Of a DNA stretch of 64,000 bases, positions 36,990 to 46,408 are shown piece by piece. This DNA comes from Planctomycetota bacterium (GTDB lineage: Bacteria; Planctomycetota; UBA8108; UBA1146): the NCBI GenBank assembly GCA_015664425.1, contig DQQH01000258.1, positions 9,359-73,358 of the forward strand. The letters run 5' to 3'. A model generated the notes under the pieces. That model was not told the DNA's origin. It ran no database searches and worked only from the letters and a program-made list of their open reading frames with translations. The position numbers and the translations under genes are program-made. Numbering within the stretch: the stretch's first letter is position 1; each line of letters starts with the position of its first letter.

Positions 36990-38852
36990 ATGGCAAAAGG
37001 GTTTTTCAAAGACAATGAAAAAGTGCTGATGACGCTGCTCTTGCTGTTCATCGCTCCGACCTTTGCGCTCACCGGGCTGACGACCTGGTGGCTCGGCTAC
37101 GCAGGGGGTGACGCCGCCTACGAGATCTTCGGGGAGAGCGTCAGTTACGCCCAGGTTCTCGAGAAGCGCACCGAACTTGCCAACACCCTCTGGCTTCAGG
37201 GAGTGCTGCAGTACGGTTGGTACGGCGCGAGGCAGCCTCGGCGGGCAAGCGATGAGGATGTCCTGCAGGCGTTCATGTTCGAACATGAACTCGAGGAGCT
37301 CGATCTCGAACTGAGTGACGGTGAGTATCAAGAAGCCTTGCGCCAGGCGGCGCTCTCGATGATCGCCTGGCATCAGGTGCTGGAAAATACAGGGGGGTTC
37401 GGGGCATTCCAGGATAACTTCACCCTGTACAACAGCATTCGACCGTCGGTGACATTCAATGGTGATCGATACCTCCGGGCCATCCAGGATCCCGACATGG
37501 GATTGGGACTCAGCATTCAGGAGTTCGAAGCGGGGGTGATCAAGGCCAACCGCACCGCCAAGCTGATCGAATCTGTCACATCCGCTGCAATTGTCACCGA
37601 GAAGGAAATTTACGACGAATTCCTCCTGGGCCAGCAGAAGCGAGTCTTCGAGATCGTCAGTATTGGCGATCAGCAATTTTCAGCGGAGGCGCTCGAACAA
37701 CTGGATCAGGACTACTTCCGGCAGGTTTACGACAACTCACCCGAGGACTACAAATCGCCGACTCGAATCCAGCTCGAGGTTGCCCGTGTGGTGCTGGCAA
37801 ACCTGAGAGATGATGACTACCAGCCGGCTACTGAAGAGATCGAGGCTTTCTACGAGGCGAACAAGGACCCCGCATGGAGAATCAAGCGCCCGGTGAACTA
37901 TGTTCCTCCCGAAAACGCCCAGCCTGAAGACGACTTCCGTCCGATCACCGATGTCTTCGAGGGGATCATCTCCAGGATTCGCCAGGAGAGAGCCAAGGCA
38001 AGGGAGGGCGAGATTCTCGAGGCGGCCCTCGCCGAAGGCCAGGCGAAGAGTGCTGCCGGTGGAAACTTCGAGATGCCAGATCTCTTCGGGGATGCCAAGG
38101 AGTTCGTCGAGGTCCACACTACCGAGCCCTTCGGCAACACCGAGTACTCCAGGATCGAGCCATGGATGCGGAATGCTGCTCACCTGTCGCCCCTCTTCGT
38201 TGACCTTCGCCTCGATCCAGAGTTGTTCAAGCCCGGAACGATGTCCAAGGCGATCGTTCCGGGGACCCAGGGAAGTTACATCTACCGCCTGGTGGAAGTA
38301 TTCCCCGAGTCGACGATGACCTTCGAGGAGGCACTCGACAAGGTGATGGAAAAGGCAGAGAAGGAGAAGGCGAAAGAACTCGCCTCCAAATTCATCAGCG
38401 ACTGGATCACGAGCGCTACAGAGGAGGAGCCCGTCTCTCTGGAGTCATTTGCCTCGGAGCAGAACCTCACTGTCCACACCAGTGATGCTGTCGGTCGGAA
38501 CGAGGCCTGGAGGCTGCGCCTCGATACCAGAGCTCCACTTGCAAACCTGGAAATTCTTAGCGAAGGATTCGCATTGCTCGAGGAAGGGCAGGTCGGCGGC
38601 CCGGTGACCAACGACAGGGATACCAACGTCTACGCCCTCAGCCTCAAGACGATCGAATCTCCGGAAATAATCCTCTTCAACATCTACCGCAATTCGATCG
38701 ACGCGCAGATTCGACGGAACAAGCAGCAGGCCATCCTCGAACAGTACAGGGCAGATCTCAGCCGCAAGGCGGATGTCCGGGTCTACACCAGCCGATCTTC
38801 CGATCCGTCGCCGCTTCCGGAGTTTGGAGCGACGAGTCAGCCGGCGAGTTAG
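36990..38852 (+). CDS. PpiD/SurA-like periplasmic chaperone (N-terminal TM anchor, no obvious parvulin domain)
   Basis: 620 aa with an N-terminal TM helix and SurA_N-like helical regions. Size and topology match PpiD. The assignment is weak. Confidence 0.45.
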   Translation: MAKGFFKDNEKVLMTLLLLFIAPTFALTGLTTWWLGYAGGDAAYEIFGESVSYAQVLEKRTELANTLWLQGVLQYGWYGARQPRRASDEDVLQAFMFEHELEELDLELSDGEYQEALRQAALSMIAWHQVLENTGGFGAFQDNFTLYNSIRPSVTFNGDRYLRAIQDPDMGLGLSIQEFEAGVIKANRTAKLIESVTSAAIVTEKEIYDEFLLGQQKRVFEIVSIGDQQFSAEALEQLDQDYFRQVYDNSPEDYKSPTRIQLEVARVVLANLRDDDYQPATEEIEAFYEANKDPAWRIKRPVNYVPPENAQPEDDFRPITDVFEGIISRIRQERAKAREGEILEAALAEGQAKSAAGGNFEMPDLFGDAKEFVEVHTTEPFGNTEYSRIEPWMRNAAHLSPLFVDLRLDPELFKPGTMSKAIVPGTQGSYIYRLVEVFPESTMTFEEALDKVMEKAEKEKAKELASKFISDWITSATEEEPVSLESFASEQNLTVHTSDAVGRNEAWRLRLDTRAPLANLEILSEGFALLEEGQVGGPVTNDRDTNVYALSLKTIESPEIILFNIYRNSIDAQIRRNKQQAILEQYRADLSRKADVRVYTSRSSDPSPLPEFGATSQPAS

Positions 38853-38879
38853 AGACGGCTCGGGATCAGAGGTTGAAAT

Positions 38880-38917
38880 CAGCGGGGCCGGGGTCGATCA
38901 GACCCCGGCCCCGCTGT
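38880..38917. terminator. Bidirectional stem-loop terminator between convergent genes
   Basis: Perfect inverted repeat CAGCGGGGCCGGGGTC-gatcag-GACCCCGGCCCCGCTG between the ppiD-like gene (+) and rpiB (-). Confidence 0.55.
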
Positions 38918-38941
38918 GAATTTGGCTGCCAGGGAGAGTGA

Positions 38942-39409
38942 TCACCCCTCGCTCGGAGTCCGATCGATTTTTTCTACTCGTCGACGGTGGCGGCCGCCCT
39001 CGAACTCGGTATCGAGGAAAACTCCCAGCAATTCGATCGCTTTTTCGGTGCCGATCACTCTCTCTCCGAAGCAGGCGAGGTTGGCGTCGTTGTGGGCACG
39101 GGCCATCTTGCAGGTGAACTCGTCGGTGACAACCGCAGCCCTGATGCCGAGGTGACGATTGGCGGCCATCGCCATCCCCTGGCCGGTCCCACAGATCAGC
39201 ACTCCAACACTTGCCGCACCTGAAGCCACGTCGGCGGCTACTCGGTGGGAGATATCGGGATAGTCTACAGATTCCGCATCTGCCGGGCCGTGTTCCTCGA
39301 CCTCGAATCCCCGTTCGCGAAGCAGCGACGCGGCAGCGGCCCGTGTCTCGACTCCGGCATGGTCCGATCCGATAGTTGCCCTCATCGGTTCAAGATCCTT
39401 TCCAGCCAT
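38942..39409 (-). CDS. rpiB: Ribose-5-phosphate isomerase B
   Basis: RpiB/LacAB motifs GSDHAG, ICGTGQGMAMAANRH. 155 aa. Confidence 0.85.
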   Translation of the reverse strand: MAGKDLEPMRATIGSDHAGVETRAAAASLLRERGFEVEEHGPADAESVDYPDISHRVAADVASGAASVGVLICGTGQGMAMAANRHLGIRAAVVTDEFTCKMARAHNDANLACFGERVIGTEKAIELLGVFLDTEFEGGRHRRRVEKIDRTPSEG

Positions 39410-40452
39410 TGCTCGACGACTGCGCTCTCGATTTCATCAGCACAGCGACGATACGTATCCATGTCCCCTCCTATGGGATCGCTGATCCCGGTATCATTGA
39501 TCAGGAAGACTCTGCCCTCCAGGGTTCCGTTCCATTCCAGGATCTGCGAACGATGGCTCTCACTCATGGCGATGATCAGATCAGAAATCCCGGATACCTC
39601 CTGGCTGATCGGATTTGACTGGTGTTCCGCCAGTGATCCGCCGAGTTCCTCGATCGTCAGCCTTGCGTTTTCGCTGGCGAATCCACCACAGAAGGCAGCA
39701 ATTCCGGCGGAGCGAACGACGTAGCCGCGCTCGGGGAGTTCGTCGACTTCACACTGAAGTCGCTGGGCGAGATGCCGTTTCAACAGCGCCTCTGCCATCG
39801 GGCTGCGACAGGAGTTCCCTGTGCAGACGAAAAGAATCTGTTTTTTTCCGAGGGCAATCGAGATCATCTCCTCGCTGATCGATCCTTCCCGTAGAATTTC
39901 CAGGTTGTCGCCCTCACCGAGTCTGACGATCGTCGATGCCTGCCCCCCGACCGCCATTCCGCTATCGATGACCCCATCGATCCTGTCCTGAAAAGAGGAG
40001 AGAACTTCACCGGCGTCGATGGCCGGTGCTTCGCCACTGATGTTGGCGCTCGAAGCGAAGACGGGAGCCCCACTCCTGGCGATCAATTCCCTGGCGACCG
40101 GATGGGAAGGGAATCGGACTCCCGTTGGAGCACCGTCTCCGGGAAAGATGATCGTCAATGGTCCGGGCCAGAATGATGAGATCAATTTCTGGGCGGAGGG
40201 TGGCACCTCGGTCACCCACTCCTGGAACTGGGCCAGCGAAGCGACGTGCAGGGTGAATGGTTTTCCCTCGGGCCTGCCCTTCAATTCCCCGAGGCGGGCG
40301 ATCGCCTCCGGTTTGCTGACGCTGGCTGCGATCCCGTAGACGGTTTCTGTGGGGAACGCGACCAGCCCTCCTTCGGCGATCATCTGGGCCGCATCGGCGA
40401 CCTCTTCAGGTTGAAAGGAGCCAGCGTCGATGGGGAAGACGCGAGTCTTCAA
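39382..40452 (-). CDS. Fusion of a YrdC/Sua5/TsaC-family threonylcarbamoyl-AMP synthase domain with a low-molecular-weight protein (Tyr/Arg) phosphatase domain
   Basis: N-terminal YrdC fold (FPTETVYGIAAS...LHVAS...FWPGPLTII) and C-terminal LMW-PTP P-loop CTGNSCRSPMAE with DPIG. Confidence 0.8.
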   Translation of the reverse strand: MKTRVFPIDAGSFQPEEVADAAQMIAEGGLVAFPTETVYGIAASVSKPEAIARLGELKGRPEGKPFTLHVASLAQFQEWVTEVPPSAQKLISSFWPGPLTIIFPGDGAPTGVRFPSHPVARELIARSGAPVFASSANISGEAPAIDAGEVLSSFQDRIDGVIDSGMAVGGQASTIVRLGEGDNLEILREGSISEEMISIALGKKQILFVCTGNSCRSPMAEALLKRHLAQRLQCEVDELPERGYVVRSAGIAAFCGGFASENARLTIEELGGSLAEHQSNPISQEVSGISDLIIAMSESHRSQILEWNGTLEGRVFLINDTGISDPIGGDMDTYRRCADEIESAVVEQWLERILNR

Positions 40453-40607
40453 GGTTCCTCCTGAAACTGTCTTTCAGATGATGCTGTCGAAGCGGGACGA
40501 CCCCGGTTGAGGAGGGATCACTTCACGCGAGGTTGCGATAGTTTTCCCTTCCACGGCGGTCATGATGCCTCCCTCTTCTGGACGGGTCAAACCGTGGATC
40601 GGGCCTG

Positions 40608-41513
40608 TCAAACGGAGGCATGGTAGGAGGATCGAACCAGAGGTCCTGATTCCACCTTTTCGAAGCCCAGTTCCCTGGCAAATGCCCCGAGAGCATCGAA
40701 TTCCCGGGGAGGGTAGTACTTCTTCACCGGGATGTGCTTCTCGCTGGGAGCGAGGTACTGGCCGAGGTTCAGCCTTCTGACCCCGATGCGGTACAGATCC
40801 GCGATCGCCACCTCGAGTTCCTCCTTCCTCTCACCGAGCCCGAGGATGAGGCTACTCTTGACCCGTGATCCGCCAATTTGGACCACAGCTCCTTCCAGCA
40901 GGGAGAGGGAGAGGTCGTAGTCGGAGCCGGGTCTGGCGGCAGGGTAGAGGCGTCTGACTGTTTCCAGATTGTGGGAGAAGATGGTTGGATCGGCGGCGAG
41001 GACAATCCCGAGGGCAGTGTCGGGGTCTGGCCTGAAGTCGGGAACAAGGACTTCAGTGGTGGTCTCAGGAACCAAGGATCGCAGAGCCTCGATACAGCGG
41101 GAGAATTGCCGGGCACCTCCATCGCTGAGGTCATCTCTGTCGACCGAAGTGATCACGACATGCTGCAATCCCAGTTCGGAAACCGTGCTGGCGAGTTGCT
41201 GTGGCTCATCGGGGTCAACGGGGGTCGGGATCCCCTTGCTGACGGCGCAGAAGCCACACTTCCGGGTGCAGATTTCACCGAGAATCAGAAAGGTGGCGGT
41301 CCCCATCGCCCAGCATTCGTGGATGTTGGGGCAATGGGCCTCCTGGCACACGGTGTGCAGTCCACCGCGGTCCATCAACTGGGTGACCTTTTGCAGCGCG
41401 TCCCCGGAGGGAACCCTGATGCGCAGCCACTGGGGTCTGGGGAGTGGCTCCTTACCCCTGGTCCCTCCTCGTGCTCCGCCGTTGACGGGCTGTTTCTGTG
41501 CTTTGATGGTCAT
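40608..41513 (-). CDS. lipA: Lipoyl synthase
   Basis: CQEAHCPNIHEC and radical-SAM CTRKCGFC clusters. The internal ATG at 41513 overlaps the lipB stop. Confidence 0.9.
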   Translation of the reverse strand: MTIKAQKQPVNGGARGGTRGKEPLPRPQWLRIRVPSGDALQKVTQLMDRGGLHTVCQEAHCPNIHECWAMGTATFLILGEICTRKCGFCAVSKGIPTPVDPDEPQQLASTVSELGLQHVVITSVDRDDLSDGGARQFSRCIEALRSLVPETTTEVLVPDFRPDPDTALGIVLAADPTIFSHNLETVRRLYPAARPGSDYDLSLSLLEGAVVQIGGSRVKSSLILGLGERKEELEVAIADLYRIGVRRLNLGQYLAPSEKHIPVKKYYPPREFDALGAFARELGFEKVESGPLVRSSYHASV

Positions 41514-42232
41514 CGTTTCAACTCTCTGGAGAATCGCCTCGCCAACTCCCGAGCGATCTCCTCCTCGATCCACTCGCGGTCAGGGACCTCCGCCAGTTCC
41601 CTTTCGATGGAGGTCACCGGGCATCCCCGGATTCCGCACGGGATGATCCACTCAAAGGGGGTCAGGTCACCCTCGACGATGAGTGCAAAACCATGGCCGC
41701 TGACCCAGCGTCTGACCGAGATTCCGATCGATGCGATCTTCCGATCTTCCACCCAGACTCCGGTGCGCCCCTTTTCCCGGTGTCCGTCGATGCCGAGCTG
41801 GGAGAGGACCTCGATCAGACTCTCCTCTATCGCCCTGGGGAGCAGGTGGAGGTCTCTCTCCTCCTCGCCGAGGCGAAGGAGCAGGTAGCCGACCACTTGC
41901 CCAGGACCGTGATAGGTGGCCTCTCCGCCGCGGTCGACCTTACGGACAGAAACATCTCGCTTCTCCAGTTCCCGGCGGGAAAGGAGCAGCGCTGCCTCCT
42001 GGCTGGCACTGCCAAGAGTGACCGTTTTATCGGGTTCGAAGAGGATCAGATGTTCGAGGGATTCTGTCGGTTCCGAGGCGAGCCGCTTCTGCAGATCGAG
42101 CATTCTCCGGTGGGCGTTACCGAAGGACGTCCGGCCGAGACGTTCGAGGAGCAACACACCCTCACAGGTGCCGGGGCCCTCTACCTCGGGCAGTGGTGCG
42201 GCTTTCTCGAGCCTAGGAAAGGGTGGTGTCAT
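41510..42232 (-). CDS. lipB: Octanoyltransferase (lipoyl(octanoyl) transferase)
   Basis: LipB-like, with conserved ...RGGEATYHGPGQVVGY... and the catalytic Cys region IPCGI. Confidence 0.8.
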   Translation of the reverse strand: MTPPFPRLEKAAPLPEVEGPGTCEGVLLLERLGRTSFGNAHRRMLDLQKRLASEPTESLEHLILFEPDKTVTLGSASQEAALLLSRRELEKRDVSVRKVDRGGEATYHGPGQVVGYLLLRLGEEERDLHLLPRAIEESLIEVLSQLGIDGHREKGRTGVWVEDRKIASIGISVRRWVSGHGFALIVEGDLTPFEWIIPCGIRGCPVTSIERELAEVPDREWIEEEIARELARRFSRELKR

Positions 42233-43505
42233 CCCACTTCTCGAGGTTTAGTTTCACCTGGGCCATGAACTGATCGGCGAGAGCTCCATCGACGAGTCGA
42301 TGGTCGTAAGAGAGGCACATGTAGACCATGTCGCGAATGGCGATGGAATCGCCATTGACGACCACCGGTCGTTTCTCTATTCCGCCGATTCCAAGGATTG
42401 CCACCTGAGGCTGATTGATGATGGGAATTCCGAAGAGGCCTCCGAACTGTCCCGGGTTTGTGATGGTGAAGGTGCCACCGGCAACCTCGTCGGGAAGCAA
42501 GCCCTTGCTCCGGGAGCGATTGGCGAGATCAGTGACCGATTTCTGTAGGCCGAGAAGGTTCTTTTCCTCGGCGTTTCTCACCACAGGGACGATCAGACCA
42601 TTTTCAAGGGCAACTGCGATTCCGATGTTTACGGACCGATGGAGGATGATCTGGTCGCCGTCGAGTGAGGCGTTGACGTAGGGGAATTTGCGCAGGGCAT
42701 CGACGCAAGCCTTGATGAAGAAAGGCATGAAGGTGAGTTTCAGCCCGTTCTGTTCCTCGAAGTCCTTCTTATTGCTCTCGCGAATTTCAACAATCCGCGA
42801 CATGTCAACCTCGAAGACCGAGTTGACATGAGCCGATGTATTCCGCGAGTGGATCATGTGTTCGGCGATCTTCTTGCGCATCACCGACATCTGCTCGACG
42901 TCGACTCCCTCCCGAGAGATCCCAATGGTCGGGAGAGCATCGACAGCTCCGCTGGCGGGACTCGGGACAGCGGGAGGGCCGCTCTTGCCCTCGATGTAGG
43001 CGACGATGTCTCTCTTGGTGACGCGACCTCCTGCCCCGCTACCGGCGATCACAGAGAGGTCGGTGATCCCGTTTTCGCGGGCGATTCTGCGGACGAGGGG
43101 GGAAGACCGGACCTTGCTGGCGTCCTCTACGGGAGGGGCGGCGGCGACGATCGGCTCTGGCGAGGCAGGTGTCGGCGCAGGATCGGAGGGGGCACTTGAA
43201 GGAGCGGCGGGGGCTTCTGGCTCCTCTGTTTCCTTCGCCTTCTTTTCTGGGGGAGGAGCGGCGTCCTGGGAGCTGGCGAGGAGAGCGACGACGGTGTTCA
43301 CCTCGACGGTCATCCCTTCTTCGATGAGGATCTCCTGAAGCACACCGTCAGCAGGTGCAGGGATCTCGGCGTCGACCTTGTCGGTAGAGATTTCGAAGAG
43401 GGGCTCGTCTCGCTCGACAGTATCCCCCGGTTTCTTGAACCAGCGAGTCAGGGTGCCTTCTGCAATTGACTCGCCCATCTGAGGCATCTTGACCTCGGTC
43501 GGCAT
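42213..43505 (-). CDS. 2-oxo acid dehydrogenase E2 dihydrolipoamide acyltransferase (single lipoyl domain)
   Basis: Lipoyl-lysine motif EISTDKVDAEIPAP, an Ala/Pro-rich linker, a peripheral subunit-binding domain, and the catalytic DHRLVDGA. Confidence 0.85.
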   Translation of the reverse strand: MPTEVKMPQMGESIAEGTLTRWFKKPGDTVERDEPLFEISTDKVDAEIPAPADGVLQEILIEEGMTVEVNTVVALLASSQDAAPPPEKKAKETEEPEAPAAPSSAPSDPAPTPASPEPIVAAAPPVEDASKVRSSPLVRRIARENGITDLSVIAGSGAGGRVTKRDIVAYIEGKSGPPAVPSPASGAVDALPTIGISREGVDVEQMSVMRKKIAEHMIHSRNTSAHVNSVFEVDMSRIVEIRESNKKDFEEQNGLKLTFMPFFIKACVDALRKFPYVNASLDGDQIILHRSVNIGIAVALENGLIVPVVRNAEEKNLLGLQKSVTDLANRSRSKGLLPDEVAGGTFTITNPGQFGGLFGIPIINQPQVAILGIGGIEKRPVVVNGDSIAIRDMVYMCLSYDHRLVDGALADQFMAQVKLNLEKWDDTTLS

Positions 43506-43620
43506 CGTTCCTGCTCCTTCAGCGATCTATTCAAAGGGGGCTCTCGACAGGACTTGCCCTCCAGAGCGACATCGAGTCTACCCCAGCGTTGATGAGGGGG
43601 GAAGCAAACCTGCAATGGCC

Positions 43621-44604
43621 CTACCAGGCGGCCAGTTGGTGCGCTGCTTCGGTGATGTCCTGGACCTGGGGAAGTGCGGCATTCTCCAGGATCCCCGAGT
43701 ATGGAATGGGAACATCAAGTGCTGCAAGGCGCCGGACTGGCGCGTCGAGGTCCTCGAAACCGTGCTCGGCGATGAAGGCGGCGATCTCGCCGCCGGCTCC
43801 ACCCGTCAGGTTGTCCTCGTGGATGACCAGGATCTTGCCGGTCTTTCTTGTGGTTTCGAGGATGGCACTGCGGTCGAGTGGATTGAGTGACCGCAAGTCG
43901 AGCACATCGCATTCGACACCTTCTCCGGAGAGGACTTCCGCCGCTTCGAGGACTCGATGGACCATCGCACCGTAGCTGATCATCGAGACGTTCTGACCTT
44001 CACGTCGCAACGCTGCAATACCCGGTGGAAGGGAAGAGACACTCTCGTCGAGCGGGGCTTTGAGGGTGCGGTAGAGGCTCTTCTGTTCGAAAAAGAGAAC
44101 GGGGTCGGGATCCTCGATGGCTCCGAGGATCATCCGGTAGACATCTTCCACGGTCGCCGGGATGACGATCTTGAGGCCGGGTGTGTTGAGGAAGTGTGAT
44201 TCGACGTTCTGGGAGTGGAAGGGGCCTGCATGGACGCCTCCGCCCGATGGCCCTCGAACCACGATCGGCACCCCGGCACCCCAGCGGAAGTGGCAGGTTG
44301 CAGCGAAGTTGGTCAACTGATTGAAAGCACAGGAGATGAAGTCGATGAACTGAATCTCGACGACAGGGCGCATCCCGGCCATCGCCGCGCCGATTGCGGC
44401 GCCGATGAGACCGGTTTCGACGATGGGGGTGTCGATGATCCGCTCCTCGCCGAACTCCCCGGCGAATCCCTCGGTCAGTTTGAAGGCGCCGCCGTAACGG
44501 CCGATGTCCTGTCCGAGGAGGAAAACTCGCTCATTTTCGCCCAGGGCCCGGGAAAGACCCCTGCGCAGAGCTTCCAGATAGGTGATCGTCTCGGCCATGT
44601 GCAA
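43621..44604 (-). CDS. 2-oxo acid dehydrogenase E1 component beta subunit (stand-alone)
   Basis: Transketolase-like pyrimidine-binding and C-terminal domains. 327 aa, typical PdhB/BkdA2 size. Confidence 0.85.
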   Translation of the reverse strand: MHMAETITYLEALRRGLSRALGENERVFLLGQDIGRYGGAFKLTEGFAGEFGEERIIDTPIVETGLIGAAIGAAMAGMRPVVEIQFIDFISCAFNQLTNFAATCHFRWGAGVPIVVRGPSGGGVHAGPFHSQNVESHFLNTPGLKIVIPATVEDVYRMILGAIEDPDPVLFFEQKSLYRTLKAPLDESVSSLPPGIAALRREGQNVSMISYGAMVHRVLEAAEVLSGEGVECDVLDLRSLNPLDRSAILETTRKTGKILVIHEDNLTGGAGGEIAAFIAEHGFEDLDAPVRRLAALDVPIPYSGILENAALPQVQDITEAAHQLAAW

Positions 44605-44613
44605 CTCCTCCAG

Positions 44614-46089
44614 TCACATGTGGATGGGGCTGCCGACCAGACCGTGGGCTGCTTCCATCATTCCCTCTCCCAGGCTCGGGTGGGGGTGGATGATGTGGGC
44701 GAGGTCAGCAGCGGTTCCCTCGAGACCGAGGATGGCACAGCCCTCGCTGATTAGGTCTGTCGCGTGGGGACCGATGATATGGACGCCGAGGATCTCACCG
44801 TACTTCTCGTCGGCGATGATCTTGAAGAACCCGGGGACCGCCTTGCCGATGATGCCAGATTTCCCGAGAGCCGAGAGAGGGAACTTCGAGACCTTCACAT
44901 CGAGCCCCTCCTCCTTCGCGGCCTCTTCGGTGAGGCCAACGGAGGCGACCTCTGGATGGCAATAGGTCGCATTGGGGACCCTGTCGTTGCGGATCGGTTG
45001 GGGCGTCATGCCGGCTACCGCTTCGACGGCGATGATCCCCTCGGCACTGGCCACGTGAGCCAGCTGGGGGCTGCTTGCGACGATGTCCCCGATGGCGAAG
45101 ACGTTGGGTCTGACGGTGCTCTGGTCGGGATTGACGGCCACGAATCCATTTTCTGTGTGGATCCCGACCTTCTCGAGGCCGAGCCCATCGGTGACCGGTT
45201 TGCGGCCGACGGCACAGAGAAGAATGTCGGTCTGGACCTTTTCAGCCGCTCCTTTCTCGGTGGCGAGGAGGACCTCGATGCCATCCTTGCCAGGTTCGGC
45301 TTTCTCCAACTTGGTCGAGATGCGCGACTCGATGCCGCGTTTCTTGAATGAACGGAACAGTTCGGCGGAGCAATCCCCATCTTCGACGGGAAGGAGGCGG
45401 TCGAGGAGTTCGACGAGAAGAACTTCCGATCCGAAGGAGCGAAAGATCGACGCGAACTCGCAGCCGACTGCTCCAGCTCCCAGGATGGTTACATGACGGG
45501 GGATCTCGTCGAGGCGCAGTGCCTCATCGCTGGTGATGATTCGAGAATCCTTGAAATCGAGGAACCCTGGCCTGGCGGGAACGGAACCGGTCGCCAGAAC
45601 GATGTTGTCAGCGTCGACCACCACCTCGGTCTCTTCGGGAGTGATCACCCGCACCTGTGTCGGTCCATCGAGCCGGCCGGTCCCCTCGACCATCTCGACC
45701 TTGTTCTTCTTGAGGAGGAGCTGGACTCCCTTTGCGTTCCTGTCGACCACCTTCTTCTGGAAACTGAGCACGCCGTCGAGGTCGACCTGGGGATTCTCGA
45801 TCTGGATCCCGAAATAGGAACTCTCCCTGGCGAGATCGATCACGTGAGCGCTCTGAAGCAGCGCCTTTGTCGGGATGCAGCCCCGGTGCAAGCAGGTGCC
45901 CCCTGGCGCCGGGTCCTTCTCGATGAGTACCGTCTTCAACCCGAGTTGGGAGGCGCGGATCGCCGCGACATAGCCCCCGGGTCCACCACCGATTATTGCG
46001 ACATCGAATTTGCCGATCTTCTCTACCACTGAGGGGTCCTTCCCTGTCCAGGCCTTCAACTGGGAACTGGCCCGAGGGTCCGGGTGCAA
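44614..46089 (-). CDS. lpdA: Dihydrolipoyl dehydrogenase (E3)
   Basis: GGGPGGY FAD motif and redox disulfide [13 protein letters not shown]. The N-terminal roughly 20 aa of the ORF are uncertain. Confidence 0.9.
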   Translation of the reverse strand: MHPDPRASSQLKAWTGKDPSVVEKIGKFDVAIIGGGPGGYVAAIRASQLGLKTVLIEKDPAPGGTCLHRGCIPTKALLQSAHVIDLARESSYFGIQIENPQVDLDGVLSFQKKVVDRNAKGVQLLLKKNKVEMVEGTGRLDGPTQVRVITPEETEVVVDADNIVLATGSVPARPGFLDFKDSRIITSDEALRLDEIPRHVTILGAGAVGCEFASIFRSFGSEVLLVELLDRLLPVEDGDCSAELFRSFKKRGIESRISTKLEKAEPGKDGIEVLLATEKGAAEKVQTDILLCAVGRKPVTDGLGLEKVGIHTENGFVAVNPDQSTVRPNVFAIGDIVASSPQLAHVASAEGIIAVEAVAGMTPQPIRNDRVPNATYCHPEVASVGLTEEAAKEEGLDVKVSKFPLSALGKSGIIGKAVPGFFKIIADEKYGEILGVHIIGPHATDLISEGCAILGLEGTAADLAHIIHPHPSLGEGMMEAAHGLVGSPIHM

Positions 46090-46408
46090 GGGGACGAAGC
46101 ACGGAAACCGCCGCGCGAAGCGGCGCCCGGGTCAGGCTTCTGCGGAGGAAAGGAGGGCCCCCTCGCGACGCTTCTCCGCTGCGGACGATACCCCGCCCAT
46201 GGCGCCAAATCCAGCGAAGCAGGGCCCTACCCGGCTACAGAAGTTGCGCACTCCCTCGGCCCTCCATTACAATGCCCCTCCGCAGCGACGCCCCTCCCTC
46301 GAGGGAAGCGTCGCGGTCTCGGTGCGGATCAGGAGGAACCGCCCCAGTGGCCCAGACGCACGCACTTCGAGACCTCACCCGACGACCAAACCATGGCAGG
46401 ATTCCGAG

